DNA of 64,000 bases from Ylistrum balloti. Lineage: Eukaryota. Under the pieces are notes generated by a model. It was not told the origin of the DNA, did no database searches, and saw nothing but the letters and a program-made list of their open reading frames with translations. Below, in pieces: positions 28,391 through 39,804 of this stretch. Location of the stretch: the NCBI RefSeq assembly GCF_031769215.1, contig NW_026782329.1:1488001-1552000 (forward strand). Direction: 5' to 3'. A program made the position numbers and the translations under genes. Position 1 is the first letter of the stretch; each line of letters starts with the position of its first letter.

Positions 28391-31300
28391 CTACCTACCA
28401 TTACTCCTTTTCCTATATATGTATCACAGAGTTTTACATCAGAAATAATCTGATGATGATCCAGCAAACATCTATCTCTTAACTATGGACTGTGGTGGAC
28501 GATGGATTTGTCCCTAGAACACATCTAAATTCACATTGCATATTCTGCCATTTAAAACAAAACTTATTTGGTAGTTACTCATTGGTAAGGCAATGTGTCG
28601 ATTCCTCTAACATTACCAAAGGATTAGGTAATTTCTTTTCAGATACATTATATCAATAAACAGATAACTGTAGAAATTAGTCATAGTCACTTTGTCATAA
28701 TCAATGTATGTTTTATGTGATTGTCTTGCTTGTTTATTAAACTCACGAAACGAAAAATGGTTTTAATGATCTGTCAAGGTCAAAAAATAAAAAAAACATA
28801 AACAAATGAGAAATTTTGTAGTAACTAGGAGGATAGATAGTTGTTTTAGCCATTCTCAAATGAGAAGTGAGAGGTTGATTGAGGCGTTTATTACTAGTTA
28901 TTTGTCGTGTAACCATGGTGATAATTCAACAAGACGTACACGAGAAGAAAAAAGAAACGTAATAAAGGTTTGTTGAGATAAAAACTGACATTTATGTGTT
29001 TTTTTCGAAAGAAGACAAAATAGTTTTCAAGGATATGGAATTCCTCTCGGGATTTAGGTTAACGGAATTGTGTACGTGATGTCTTGACTTTCCAATTCAA
29101 TTATTTATTTTGGTTGTATTGTTTGACAGAAACAACGACCTACATCTACTGAATTTTTAAGTGATGAATTTCCTAAATGGAGGCAAATCAAAAGTAATTT
29201 TTCAGAGAAAGATAGTTATTACTTCTAACACGTCGGTTTTCCACCGGGATGGTTATGGTAGTTGTGGTGTGTCGGTGTGTTTAAGGTCGAATTCCGGGAA
29301 TATCCTTGGAGTGAACTTATTGAACCTAAGTTGTGAAAACTGTCCACACAGCGTTAGAGGCTGACATAGATTGGAATCAAGTCAAATCGACCTTCGTTTG
29401 ATGTTTTTTTTTTTTTTTACAAATTTGTCACGCAGAGCTACCGTCAGAACATATGTAACAGTGTCTGATAGAGATCCTACTTTCCGGGGACAAGGTTAGG
29501 TGAAGGTCAATAGATGATAATAATGACGTCTGACCGATCACCAACGATTTGAAGGGGACATCTGATGTATTTATGTTAGAGGTATCAAGTTTAAAGCCCC
29601 AATATACGTAACATTCACCAAAAATTTAGTGTAGAATCACACATAATTATTGAGACATTCTCTAAGATGTAGTTAAAATTAAGTTATTCAAACAATAGTT
29701 ACCATGACTTTGTGCATAAAGTATTGATATATGAGCAGATGAAACTCGCTATTTATAAACGCACCTCCATTTTAAACACGCCGCCATCAAAATTACGATT
29801 GTTGCCGAACCACGTCGGAAAGTTCATGACCTGATTGTTTGCGAAGTCTTGTCGTAGACTTGAGGTATTCCTGTGATAAACATTCAGTTTTTGGGAAATT
29901 ATTAGAAGGAATAATTAGTTTAGAAACGATACGACGCACAATTATAACGTAAGAATTCAGAACTGGCCTGATGTATGATTGAAAAAAAGGAAGCGACTGG
30001 TGAACGTCTGTACTGTGTCTGCCATGTTTACACACGCGGAATATGCGCATGCGCAATGTCATCGCTACGAGCGGTAATGTATGAATTATTGTGGGTCCCA
30101 CATTGTTTATTTTCCGATTTTTTCAATTTTTATTTAAATTGAAAACAGTCAGTTTTATTTTCTTTAATTAAAGGAAAATATTTGTTTTGTTACATATATT
30201 ACGGGGAAAATAAGATAAAGTTTGTTTCTTATAGTGATTTTTACGTATATTGGGGCTTTAAAATAAACGATCAAGATATAACGAGCGAAAAACAAAAAAT
30301 TATCGGAAAAAAGAGGGCAAATATACACGTAACTTAAATTGGAGTAATTTTGAAGTTCGCCAAGGAAAGAAGTCACATGGTTCACAGGAAAACCTTTATT
30401 TTCAGAAAGAAGAAAATGATCATGAAATTGCTAAATATCATAGAACGTTGATCGGTGTGTAGGGTTCAAATCAAACCAGCGTTATATAGGTCCTGTCTGT
30501 TAGGATGACATCAGATTCTACTAGTCTCATTAAATCAACAGCCTAGATAGAAACACTAGCATATTCATGAAATTTAGAAGAATGGTCTTACAGCTCTATA
30601 ATTTAATATTTTACTGTACAGTAATTTGTTTCACTTGGAACTGCGTCATATGTTTTGTTTTTGTTTATTAAGTTCTTAATAATTAACAAACTTGCTGTTT
30701 TTATCTTATCATACTTATATTTATTATGACCATCAAAATGCAGTATCCGTGCTACGTATGTTGTATATTTTAATCATATGACCGTGAATATCGGATTATC
30801 TATGTTGTAAGAGGGGGTTGAATTTCGGCGCGTAAAAACTCGAAGCTGACAGCGTTGTGAATCCTCCTACAAGTTTTGGATTTACATCACCAACTGTTGC
30901 TGTCTATTGTTGTAGAATACATATATTCAACCTATATGTGCCAATGGAAAATGAGCATTATTAAGTGTCAGACGATTTTAGTAATGAATTAATTTTCACT
31001 GATTAATCAGAATGGCAGTGTTATAATGAAAACACTCGGATTTACGTTTTGTTTTCTTAATTAAATATTATCCAAATAGTCAACATATGATCCAAGTAAT
31101 TACTATCCTATTATCTGTTTATGTTTCGAAGCTAAGGACAAACAGTACGAGATATATGTCACAGAAAGCAACAGTTTGTAAGATATCCGTTTATGATACA
31201 CAATGGGTCACCTTGTGACAATGTTTAAACGTGATTCTATTTATAGAAACGCATGTTAATTCATAAATCATACAAATGAAAACGGACTCAAACTCGTACT

Positions 31301-31876
31301 GGTAATTTGAAAGTCTTGAGGTTTGCTCTATAAAGACTGAGAAATAAAATGAATGGATGCTGTGGTAGATCAATACTACCAGTGGAAGAAATATGTATCA
31401 CAACAGAGTTAAGCCCTACAGCTACTATATCTCACATCTGAATTACTATCACGCGCTCTGCACGGGACAACAGCCAAGGCAATCTCACAGGTTAATCCCG
31501 ACAGTTTGGTTTAGATTGTGACAAGCAGCCGATTTACTCGCTTCCCTATTGCTTTCTATACTAAAGACTAAACATAAACATACCATGTAAATGTATGTTG
31601 ATGCCTTAAATACCATGATTATCCAAATATATATTTGATACATAGAAGTAAGTCTGTTAGAAAAACGGAACAATTTCACATGTAACTATGTATCAAGTGG
31701 TAACCTTTTAGTCGACTTGGCGTTATCCTGGTATGTTTGGCATCGCAAGGCGTGTGACCTTTTATATTCCTAATGGAGAAAACTATTATACATGTACTGC
31801 ATCAATTCTCTCGGCAATGCAATACACGAATCTTATATTTCTCCGCGTTTTTTTGTCTACTTTCATTTTGATTGTG

Positions 31877-31975
31877 CTACTTTCACTTTAATTGTAGACT
31901 TTGTTTACGTTTTTCTACTTTCACTTTAATTGTGGACTTTGTTTACTTTTTACTACTTTCACTTTAATTGCAGAC
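31877..31975 (+). repeat. About 37-bp tandem repeat, about 3 copies
   Basis: ctactttcactttaattgt(a/g)gactttgtttac recurring. Confidence 0.8.
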
Positions 31976-33009
31976 GCTGCTCTAATTACACTTTGTCTTT
32001 GCTTTTCTGACTTGCTGTTTTGGTTTTTACTCATACCTTGTCTAAGACCCTCTGCTTTCAAGAACGTGTTTTGATTTACTATTTGTTGACAAATCCTGAC
32101 ATGTTGGGTCTGTTTTTTCTTTACTTATCTATCAGTATCGATGCTTTTCTGATGTCCCTCGGTGACTCATTATTGACTCAAATCTTTTCAAAGCCTTTCA
32201 AAAGCAATATTTCGACATTGAAAGTCCACTGACAAATAACACTTTACATTACCAATCCTCGTAACAGTACATTATATAACCACATGATAACTAGACTAAT
32301 TGACCTGTGTGAAGATTCATGGCACCATCTGAATCAGTGACACTACAGCCTGTGCTCATAATTCTATCATGTGTGATTTTAGACCAAATTTTCATGTGCA
32401 AATGAAGACAAATAAAACTATGAAACAATTTGTACAAGTAACAAATTTTAGACGTACGACAAATCAGAGAACAAACTGATACATGTCGATACCTGGCTCT
32501 CTGATCAATAACATTTCTTGGTCACAACCAGTTTAAATCTCATGTCTACATTTGACGGGCAAGAACTTTCAAAGTTACTGCAGGTAAAATGCTTAAAGAA
32601 AAAGCCTTATTTTAAGTACTACAATGACATCACCACTTGTATTTTTGCTTGGAGACGATTGTAATTACTGGGTTAGTTAATTTACTTTAACACATCATGT
32701 GTAGTAACAAGCAGTCGGTAATACTGCTTAAGGTGAAACTGCGCGAACACGATGTCGACCGCTCCGTATCATCAGTAGCTAATTTTGATGTTGCGATCGA
32801 TCAAATCCTGCGACTAGATTTTACATTCTGAATTCTAGATTCATCTAGGGATGAAATCTCAATTAGTTTTTTTCTCGCTCAGTGTTTGTTATAGCAGATC
32901 AATGAAGACAAGCAATGGAGTGACATGTTTGAGCACTTTTGATAATACTGTACAAAAGACATACAAGTGAATAGTACCTTTTAATACAATTTAGAATGAT
33001 ACATCATAT

Positions 33010-33542
33010 ATCACACAGTTGTTTCGTCCTTCCAGGACTCGTTAGTGATGCTACATCATACAGTTGTTTCGTCCTTCCAGGACTCGTTAGTGATGCTACA
33101 TCATACAGTTGTTCCGTCCGTCTATGACTCATTAGTGATGCTACATCATACAGTTGTTTCGTCCTTCTAGGAATCGTTAGTGATGCTACATCATAATTGT
33201 TTCGTTCTTCTAGGATTCATTAGTGATGCTACATCATACAGTTGTTTCGTCCTTCCAGGAATCGTTAGTGGTGCTACATCATACAGCTGTTTCGTCATTC
33301 TATGAATCGTCAGTGATGCTACATCATACAGTTATTTCGTCTTTTCAGGCTCGTAAGTGATACCACATCATACAGTTGTTTCGTCCTTTCAGGACTCGTT
33401 AGTGATACCACATCATACAGTTGTTTCGTCCTTTCAGGACTCGTTAGTGATGCTACATCATACAGTTTTCGTCCTTCCAGGACTCGTTAGTGACGCTACA
33501 TCATACAGTTGTTTCGTCCTTCAAGGACTTGTTAATGATGCT
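33010..33542 (-). ncRNA. Tandem array of 12 x 45-bp hammerhead-ribozyme-derived units, core mutated (mostly G5A)
   Basis: The minus-strand unit reads GCAUCA-CUAACGA-GUCC-UGGAA-GGAC-GAAAC-AACU-GUA-UGAUGUA. This is type I HHR geometry, with CUAA replacing CUGA in most units. No unit has a fully canonical core. Confidence 0.8.
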
Positions 33543-33899
33543 AAAGGCCTAAATTTAAAACCTAGGAGGCGCCTGCGGAAAATTCAAAATGATCGAAAAG
33601 CATCTTGATGAGGAGGTGCACTAACTCCATAATTCAATTAGTTAGTAATTTTTATATCTGATAATTCCCTACGAAAGTCAAATACATGTGTATATTCTTA
33701 AATTTGCCATTATTTGAATTAATTCACACGTGACACCCAGGTCACGGTAAAGCTCGGGGTTTAAATGTCCACAAGCAGTTTCTACTACGTTCTTTCCCGA
33801 AGATTGTACAAAACACAAACTAGTGAATAGCGCCTTATAATGTAATTAAGAATAGGATTCTGTAGCGTCAAATAATGAATTAAAGATCACTTCCTCTGA

Positions 33900-34500
33900 A
33901 ATTTCCCGGACAATGTGTTAACCCTGGCAAATTTCTAAGTATTTTAGTGTGTCAATGGCACAATCTCTGTGTATACACTTTCTCTAGATAAGATTCGGTT
34001 TCCATCACAGAGGTTTATGCATTTCAATATTATTTTAATAGTAAAGTGTTTTCTGATAATAGATATAATTACAGGTGACCTACTTGGATTTTCCAGAGTG
34101 ACATCTTATTACATCGATTTAAATTATATCCAGAAAATGCTTTGCCATTACCGATTCCATTACCAATGCCATTTAAGGTAATATTAATTAAGTGTCTGAT
34201 TATTTTGAGCGGAAGACTTACCGTTATTAGATGGGGGTAAATCCAGTAGAGGGAACAGCCGATACATCAACCAGTAAACAAAAGCATTTTGATGAGAATT
34301 TGAAACGGCCTTCTTATCAGTACAAATACTGCCTAGTAGTGTTATAACGGGATAGTGACGGAATAACGTTAATATTTTGATATAGTAATTTGTAATCACC
34401 ACGTTATGTGCCCAAGATAGTCTTACGCATGTCCTTAGTCACGAGCCTGAGAACAAGTTCTCTTATCCCGGAGCTTCCGTGATCTTACTATTCAGCTGTT
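33900..34500 (-). mobile_element. Possible highly decayed L1/Tx1-like LINE reverse-transcriptase fragment
   Basis: Minus-strand fragments in RT order: ITEAPG (cf. KxPGxDG), FRHYPVITLLG (cf. NYRPITLLN), VSNSHQNAFV (cf. IxxxQxGF) and NGKAFSGYNLNR (cf. NGxxSxxFxLxRG). Stops and frameshifts are present; recognised by eye only. Confidence 0.33.
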
Positions 34501-34689
34501 ATTGCTGAACACCTAAACAAACTTCAGCTGTCCAAATACTGATACCACAACATTCTGTAATAAGTTAAATAAAAGACAAGTCGTAATGCATCATTCATCG
34601 ATATTCCCTATGCTTTATCAAATCAGCTTGTGATCCGGTACATTCAACAGCATTCCATGCAGGAAGTAAATTTAAGAGTTAATTTATAG

Positions 34690-34900
34690 AATTTCGGTGC
34701 TAATGTACCTCCCCATTAAGATTTTGACATTTATTTGGATCGATTTTGATTTCCCTTAGGCGCCTGCTAGATTTCACAATTAAAGTTCTTAGAAACATTG
34801 ATGAGTCCTAGAAGGACGAAACAGCTGTATGATGCAGCTTAATTAATCATTTGACTATACTGTATTGAATTTTAAATTTGCATTGAAAACTGATATTCAC
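34690..34900 (+). ncRNA. Solo degenerate copy of the hammerhead-bearing element (sense strand)
   Basis: UUGAUGA (34798-34804; C3U)-GUCC-UAGAA-GGAC-GAAAC-AGCU-GUA-UGAUGC with a poorly pairing stem I. The roughly 100 bp upstream resemble the reverse complement of 33545-33650, and the downstream flank resembles that of the 39368 and 39761 copies. Confidence 0.72.
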
Positions 34901-35001
34901 TTGTTGGTTTTTTCTGTGTAAAATAATACAGTTCTTTCTAAATAGTGTTGCGAGCATTCTTGCTATAACCTAACGCAACTTAACGATATAATTAACTAAA
35001 A

Positions 35002-37024
35002 GTTAGAGCAGTCTAGAGCCCCAACGAACCGTTATCTCTCTGATGGTTAGAGCAGTCTAGAGCCCCAACGAACCGTTATCTCTCTGATGGTTAGAGCAGT
35101 CTAGAGCCCCAACGAACCGTTATCTCTCTGATGGTTAGAGCAGTCTAGAGCCCCAACGAACCGTTATCTCTCTGATGGTTAGAGCAGTCTAGAGCCCCAA
35201 CGAACCGTTATCTCTCTGATGGTTAGAGCAGTCTAGAGCCCCAACGAACCGTTATCTCTCTGATGGTTAGAGCAGTCTAGAGCCCCAACGAACCGTTATC
35301 TCTCTGATGGTTAGAGAAGTTTAGAGCCCCAACGAACCGTTATCTCTCTGATGGTTAGAGCAGTCTAGAGCCCCAACGAACCGTTATCTCTCTGATGGTT
35401 AGAGCAGTCTAGAGCCCCAACGAACCGTTATCTCTCTGATGGTTAGAGAAGTTTAGAGCCCCAACGAACCGTTATCTCTCTGATGGTTAGAGCAGTCTAG
35501 AGCCCCAACGAACCGTTATCTCTCTGATGGTTAGAGTTATCTCTCAGTCTAGAGCCCCAACGAACCGTTATCTCTCTGATGGTTAGAGCAGTCTAGAGCC
35601 CCAACGAACCGTTATCTCTCTGATGGTTAGAGCAGTCTAGAGCCCCAACGAACCGTTATCTCTCTGATGGTTAGAGAAGTTTAGAGCCCCAACGAACCGT
35701 TATCTCTCTGATGGTTAGAGAAGTTTAGAGCCCCAACGAACCGTTATCTCTCTGATGGTTAGAGCAGTCTAGAGCCCCAACGAACCGTTATCTCTCTGAT
35801 GGTTAGAGAAGTTTAGAGCCCCAACGAACTGTTTTCCTACTGATGGTTAGAGCAGTCTAGAGCCCCAACGAACCGTTATCTCTCTGATGGTTAGAGAAGT
35901 TTAGAGCCCCAACGAACTGTTTTCCTATTGATGGTTAGAGCAGTCTAGAGCCCCAACGAACCGTTATCTCTCTGATGGTTAGAGCAGTCTAGAGCCCCAA
36001 CGAACCGTTATCTCTCTGATGGTTAGAGCAGTCTAGAGCCCCAACGAACCGTTATCTCTCTGATGGTTAGAGCAGTCTAGAGCCCCAACGAACCGTTATC
36101 TCTCTGATGGTTAGAGAAGTTTAGAGCCCCAACGAACCGTTATCTCTCTGATGGTTAGAGAAGTCTAGAGCCCCAACGAACCGTTATCTCTCTGATGGTT
36201 AGAGCAGTCTAGAGCCCCAACGAACCGTTATCTCTCTGATGGTTAGAGAAGTTTAGAGCCCCAACGAACTGTTTTCCTACTGATGGTTAGAGCAGTCTAG
36301 AGCCCCAACGAACCGTTATCTCTCTGATGGTTAGAGAAGTTTAGAGCCCCAACGAACTGTTTTCCTACTGATGGTTAGAGCAGTCTAGAACCCCAACGAA
36401 CCGTTATCTCTCTGATGGTTAGAGAAGTTTAGAGCCCCAACGAACTGTTTTCCTACTGATGGTTAGAGCAGTCTAGAGCCCCAACGAACCGTTATCTCTC
36501 TGATGGTTAGAGAAGTTTAGAGCCCCAACGAACTGTTTTCCTACTGATGGTTAGAGCAGTCTAGAGCCCCAACGAACCGTTATCTCTCTGATGGTTAGAG
36601 AAGTTTAGAGCCCCAACGAACCGTTATCTCTCTGATGGTTAGAGAAGTTTAGAGCCCCAACGAACTGTTTTCCTACTGATGGTTAGAGCAGTCTAGAGCC
36701 CCAACGAACCGTTATCTCTCTCTCTGATGGTTAGAGCAGTCTAGAGCCCCAACGAACCGTTATCTCTCTGATGGTTAGAGCAGTCTAGAGCCCCAACGAA
36801 CCGTTATCTCTCTGATGGTTAGAGAAGTTTAGAGCCCCAACGAACCGTTATCTCTCTGATGGTTAGAGAAGTTTAGAGCCCCAACGAACTGTTTTCCTAC
36901 TGATGGTTAGAGCAGTCTAGAGCCCCAACGAACCGTTTTCCTACTGATGGTTAGAGCAGTCCAGAGCCCCAACGAACCGTTTTCCTATTGATGGTTAGAG
37001 CAGTCTTGAGCCTCAACGAACCGT
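35002..37024 (+). repeat. 44-bp minisatellite, about 46 copies, with a local 88-bp higher-order dimer
   Basis: Unit gttagagcagtctagagccccaacgaaccgttatctctctgatg. Two variants alternate at about 36241-36590. Confidence 0.97.
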
Positions 37025-37479
37025 CACAACGTTTCTATTTTCTGCACACTCAAAATTAGTCTCAGGCCTCTTTACCATAAATTCGTCATTTATAACTTTT
37101 CAGGAATTATTAATCTGGATTGAAATTAAAATTGAACAAAAAAATCACTTGGTATGACTATTGATAACTGCAATGCATTCACTATGTTAAGATATTCATT
37201 TCATTTTAACAAATTCAATGAGTTATACCCAACACCACAATTGTGAGTGATGTATTTTAAAGAAACATTTCTTGATTATTTTAATTGGGTCTGAATCTTA
37301 ATACCTCATGTCAAGAGTCAGCTCGGTTCTTGTCATTGATTTAATTCTAATTATAGTAACATCCGGGTTACAATTTCTGATCTCAACTGATTTCTTCTGG
37401 GTTTTAATTGATAAAATTACAAAGATAAAACACAACAAGCGAACAGTGATTAAGATAAAAAAAAAACGTACGCTACAGA

Positions 37480-37960
37480 TTTGATCTTAATTATGGCTTG
37501 GATTACGATTTTTTATGTCGCTATGTTTTATTTATTGATCTAGAAATGAGTCTAATACTTGTTATCCGATACTGTACAACATCGCCAATCCAAATATTGG
37601 ACATGGTATCAGAACTACAAAGTTTGTTGGAAACGGGTTTTGGTTTTCAACGATAAGGCCCCAGTCAAATGTTTTCTACAAGTGTATCGTACGTCATCAA
37701 GTTCATCACACTTCTTAAGAACACCGACGCCAGTTTCTTGACGAGTTTTATACGTATTTCACCGAATTTAATTTGAAATTCGAACAATGTGTCCAACAGC
37801 GTTGTTAAGACTCTATCAGACGTGTTTTCTCTGTACACGTCCGAAATTTGTATACCGGATGCTATTTTGATAAAATTATTTCTTGATTTGTTTCTAGTAA
37901 ATAAATCAGCATTGCCACTGTTGTATCATCTGGTCCTCCGCAACGGCATTTTGTCTGTCT
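37480..37960 (-). mobile_element. Possible decayed LINE ORF1p-like fragment
   Basis: The minus frame reads RNKSRNNFIKIASGIQISDVYRENTSDRVLTTLLDTLFEFQIKF, resembling the SRRNNL..GI.E..EN motif of LINE ORF1 proteins, with in-frame stops. By eye only. Confidence 0.27.
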
Positions 37961-39367
37961 TGTTTTCTAATGAACATTGCTACTTGGCGCTGATAGCGTT
38001 GTCAGGTTCAATTTTCCTGGATCTAATTTGAGATTCGTGAAAATCATTGGGAAAAAAAGGTGTTTGATAACAATTTCTGATTCCTGGCAGCGTTACCGCT
38101 CCGTCTGTACTTATACTGAAAAGTCGTGTGCATATGGAACATCGTAATCACTGCCATATTGATTCCTGATGCAAGCACGTGACCTATAGAGCTGCTACAT
38201 TCAGTGATTTATTTGTCATCGCTATGATGAGAGCCGAAGGCGGCATTCCTGTGCACACTCAATTCTCCGAGGGGTGATTTTATTTTCACGTCATTACCTT
38301 TGACGGCGGAGGTTCAATTGACACTCGTCATTATCAAAGGGAGCACCCTGAACTACTGATGCCTAATTCAGCGATGTCAGGCACGTCCATACTGGCATGT
38401 TATGTTTTTATTTAGATTTACCTTAGTTTGCGATCAAACAGAATGACGATAGACATAAATCTGAGACAACATCGGAGATAAACAATACACAAACGTTATT
38501 TCCAGGTTACTGAATAAAAAAAATATACAATACTATGACTGAATAGGTGAGACTGCTGAAAATATGTCTATGAACTCAAAAGTTATCAGTGCGCAACGGA
38601 CAAAGACTAGGGCCCATCTCTGAGATAGATAAAGAAAATATCAATCTAAACAGTAAATGCATGTTCTATAATAAAACACATTTAATTCTTAAGTTTAGGT
38701 TGCACATGTAACATAGGTCAGAGAAACTGTTTTTTGTAATGTCCATAAATTGTCGTACCTCTGTTCTGTTCAAAACCACTGGAATCAGTGTGTTTATCCG
38801 GTATGATGATACTGGTACTGTGGAACGGTTTGATACCTTTATAGTTTCAGACATGCTTGTAGTTATAAGAAATCGTTACACAAGTGTTTGCAGTATATGA
38901 AACCGGAGAAAACCAGTCGACATTTGAAGAGAACTGTTTCTCTGTAGCGGTGAGTTTGACAGATGTGAAAGTCGGAAGTGGAACAGTATGATAACACTTG
39001 AAGCGTAGTGTTATTTCTGTCTGCTGTTTGTGTACACGGCTGTTAAGAAATGACGTGATGAGTGAGGAGATGATTGGGTAGATCTTGACACAACATCATT
39101 TTGTCGTTTCACACGAAGTAATGATGTGGTTATGGCGTGTCGTGTAATGTCAAAGACATAGAGGTAAAGTTTATCATATTGATGATAGAGATCATGTCGG
39201 CTCCAATATTGATGTTTCACAAATACAAAAACACTTTATGAAAGAACGATTATTTCATCACCCATTATGTAGTAATCCATTTCTGATGGATCGTACTAAA
39301 GACACACAAGAGAATAACACCTTTCAATAAAGAATTAGAAAGAACAGAGCCAAATAATGAATTAAAC

Positions 39368-39681
39368 TGCATCATACAGCTGTTTCGTCCTTCTAGGACT
39401 CGTCAGTATTGCTACATCATACAGTTGTTTCGTCCTTCTAGGACTCGTCAGTAATGCTGCATCATACAGTTGTTTCGTCCTTCTAGGACTCGTCAGTATT
39501 GCTACATCATACAGTTGTTTCGTCCTTCTAGGACTCGTCAGTATTGCTACATCATACAGTTGTTTCGTCCTTCTAAGACTCGTCGGTATCGCTACATCAT
39601 ACAGCTTTTTCGTCCTTCTAGGACTCGTCAGTGATGTTACATCATACGGCTGTTTCGTCCTTCTAGGATTCGTCAGTGATG
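39368..39681 (-). ncRNA. Tandem array of 7 x 45-bp minimal type I hammerhead ribozymes (units 1-4 with canonical cores)
   Basis: The minus-strand unit reads GCA(A/U)UA-CUGACGA-GUCC-UAGAA-GGAC-GAAAC-A(G/A)CU-GUA^UGAUG. Predicted cleavage sites fall every 45 nt, from 39374/75 to 39644/45. Units 5-7 carry U4C, C15.2A and a 10.1 mismatch respectively. Confidence 0.88.
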
Positions 39682-39760
39682 TAAAAGCCTAAAGCGTTGA
39701 AACAGAATATTTCAGCACAAATTTAATATTAGATGAACTATCTGCGAAAATGATTGAACT

Positions 39761-39804
39761 GCATCATACGTCTGTTTCGTCCTTCTAGGACTCGTCAGTG
39801 ATGC
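39761..39804 (-). ncRNA. Solo intact minimal type I hammerhead ribozyme (44 nt)
   Basis: GCAUCA-CUGACGA-GUCC-UAGAA-GGAC-GAAAC-AGAC-GUA^UGAUGC: perfect 6-bp stem I, 4-bp stem II, 2-bp stem III, all conserved core positions, GUA cleavage triplet. Confidence 0.88.

Noticed and set aside
27542-28467. Cys/His-rich minus-strand ORFs resembling zinc fingers
   Set aside because: Three-frame read-through of the 28-bp repeat.
33357-33608. + strand ORF ending in KGLNLKPRRR (Penelope GIY-YIG-like GLN motif)
   Set aside because: Mostly repeat read-through; no other endonuclease motif precedes it.
35002-37024. tRNA-like TGGTTAGAGC and GGTTCG motifs in the 44-bp repeat
   Set aside because: The A-box-like and B-box-like strings lie on opposite strands, and there is no cloverleaf.
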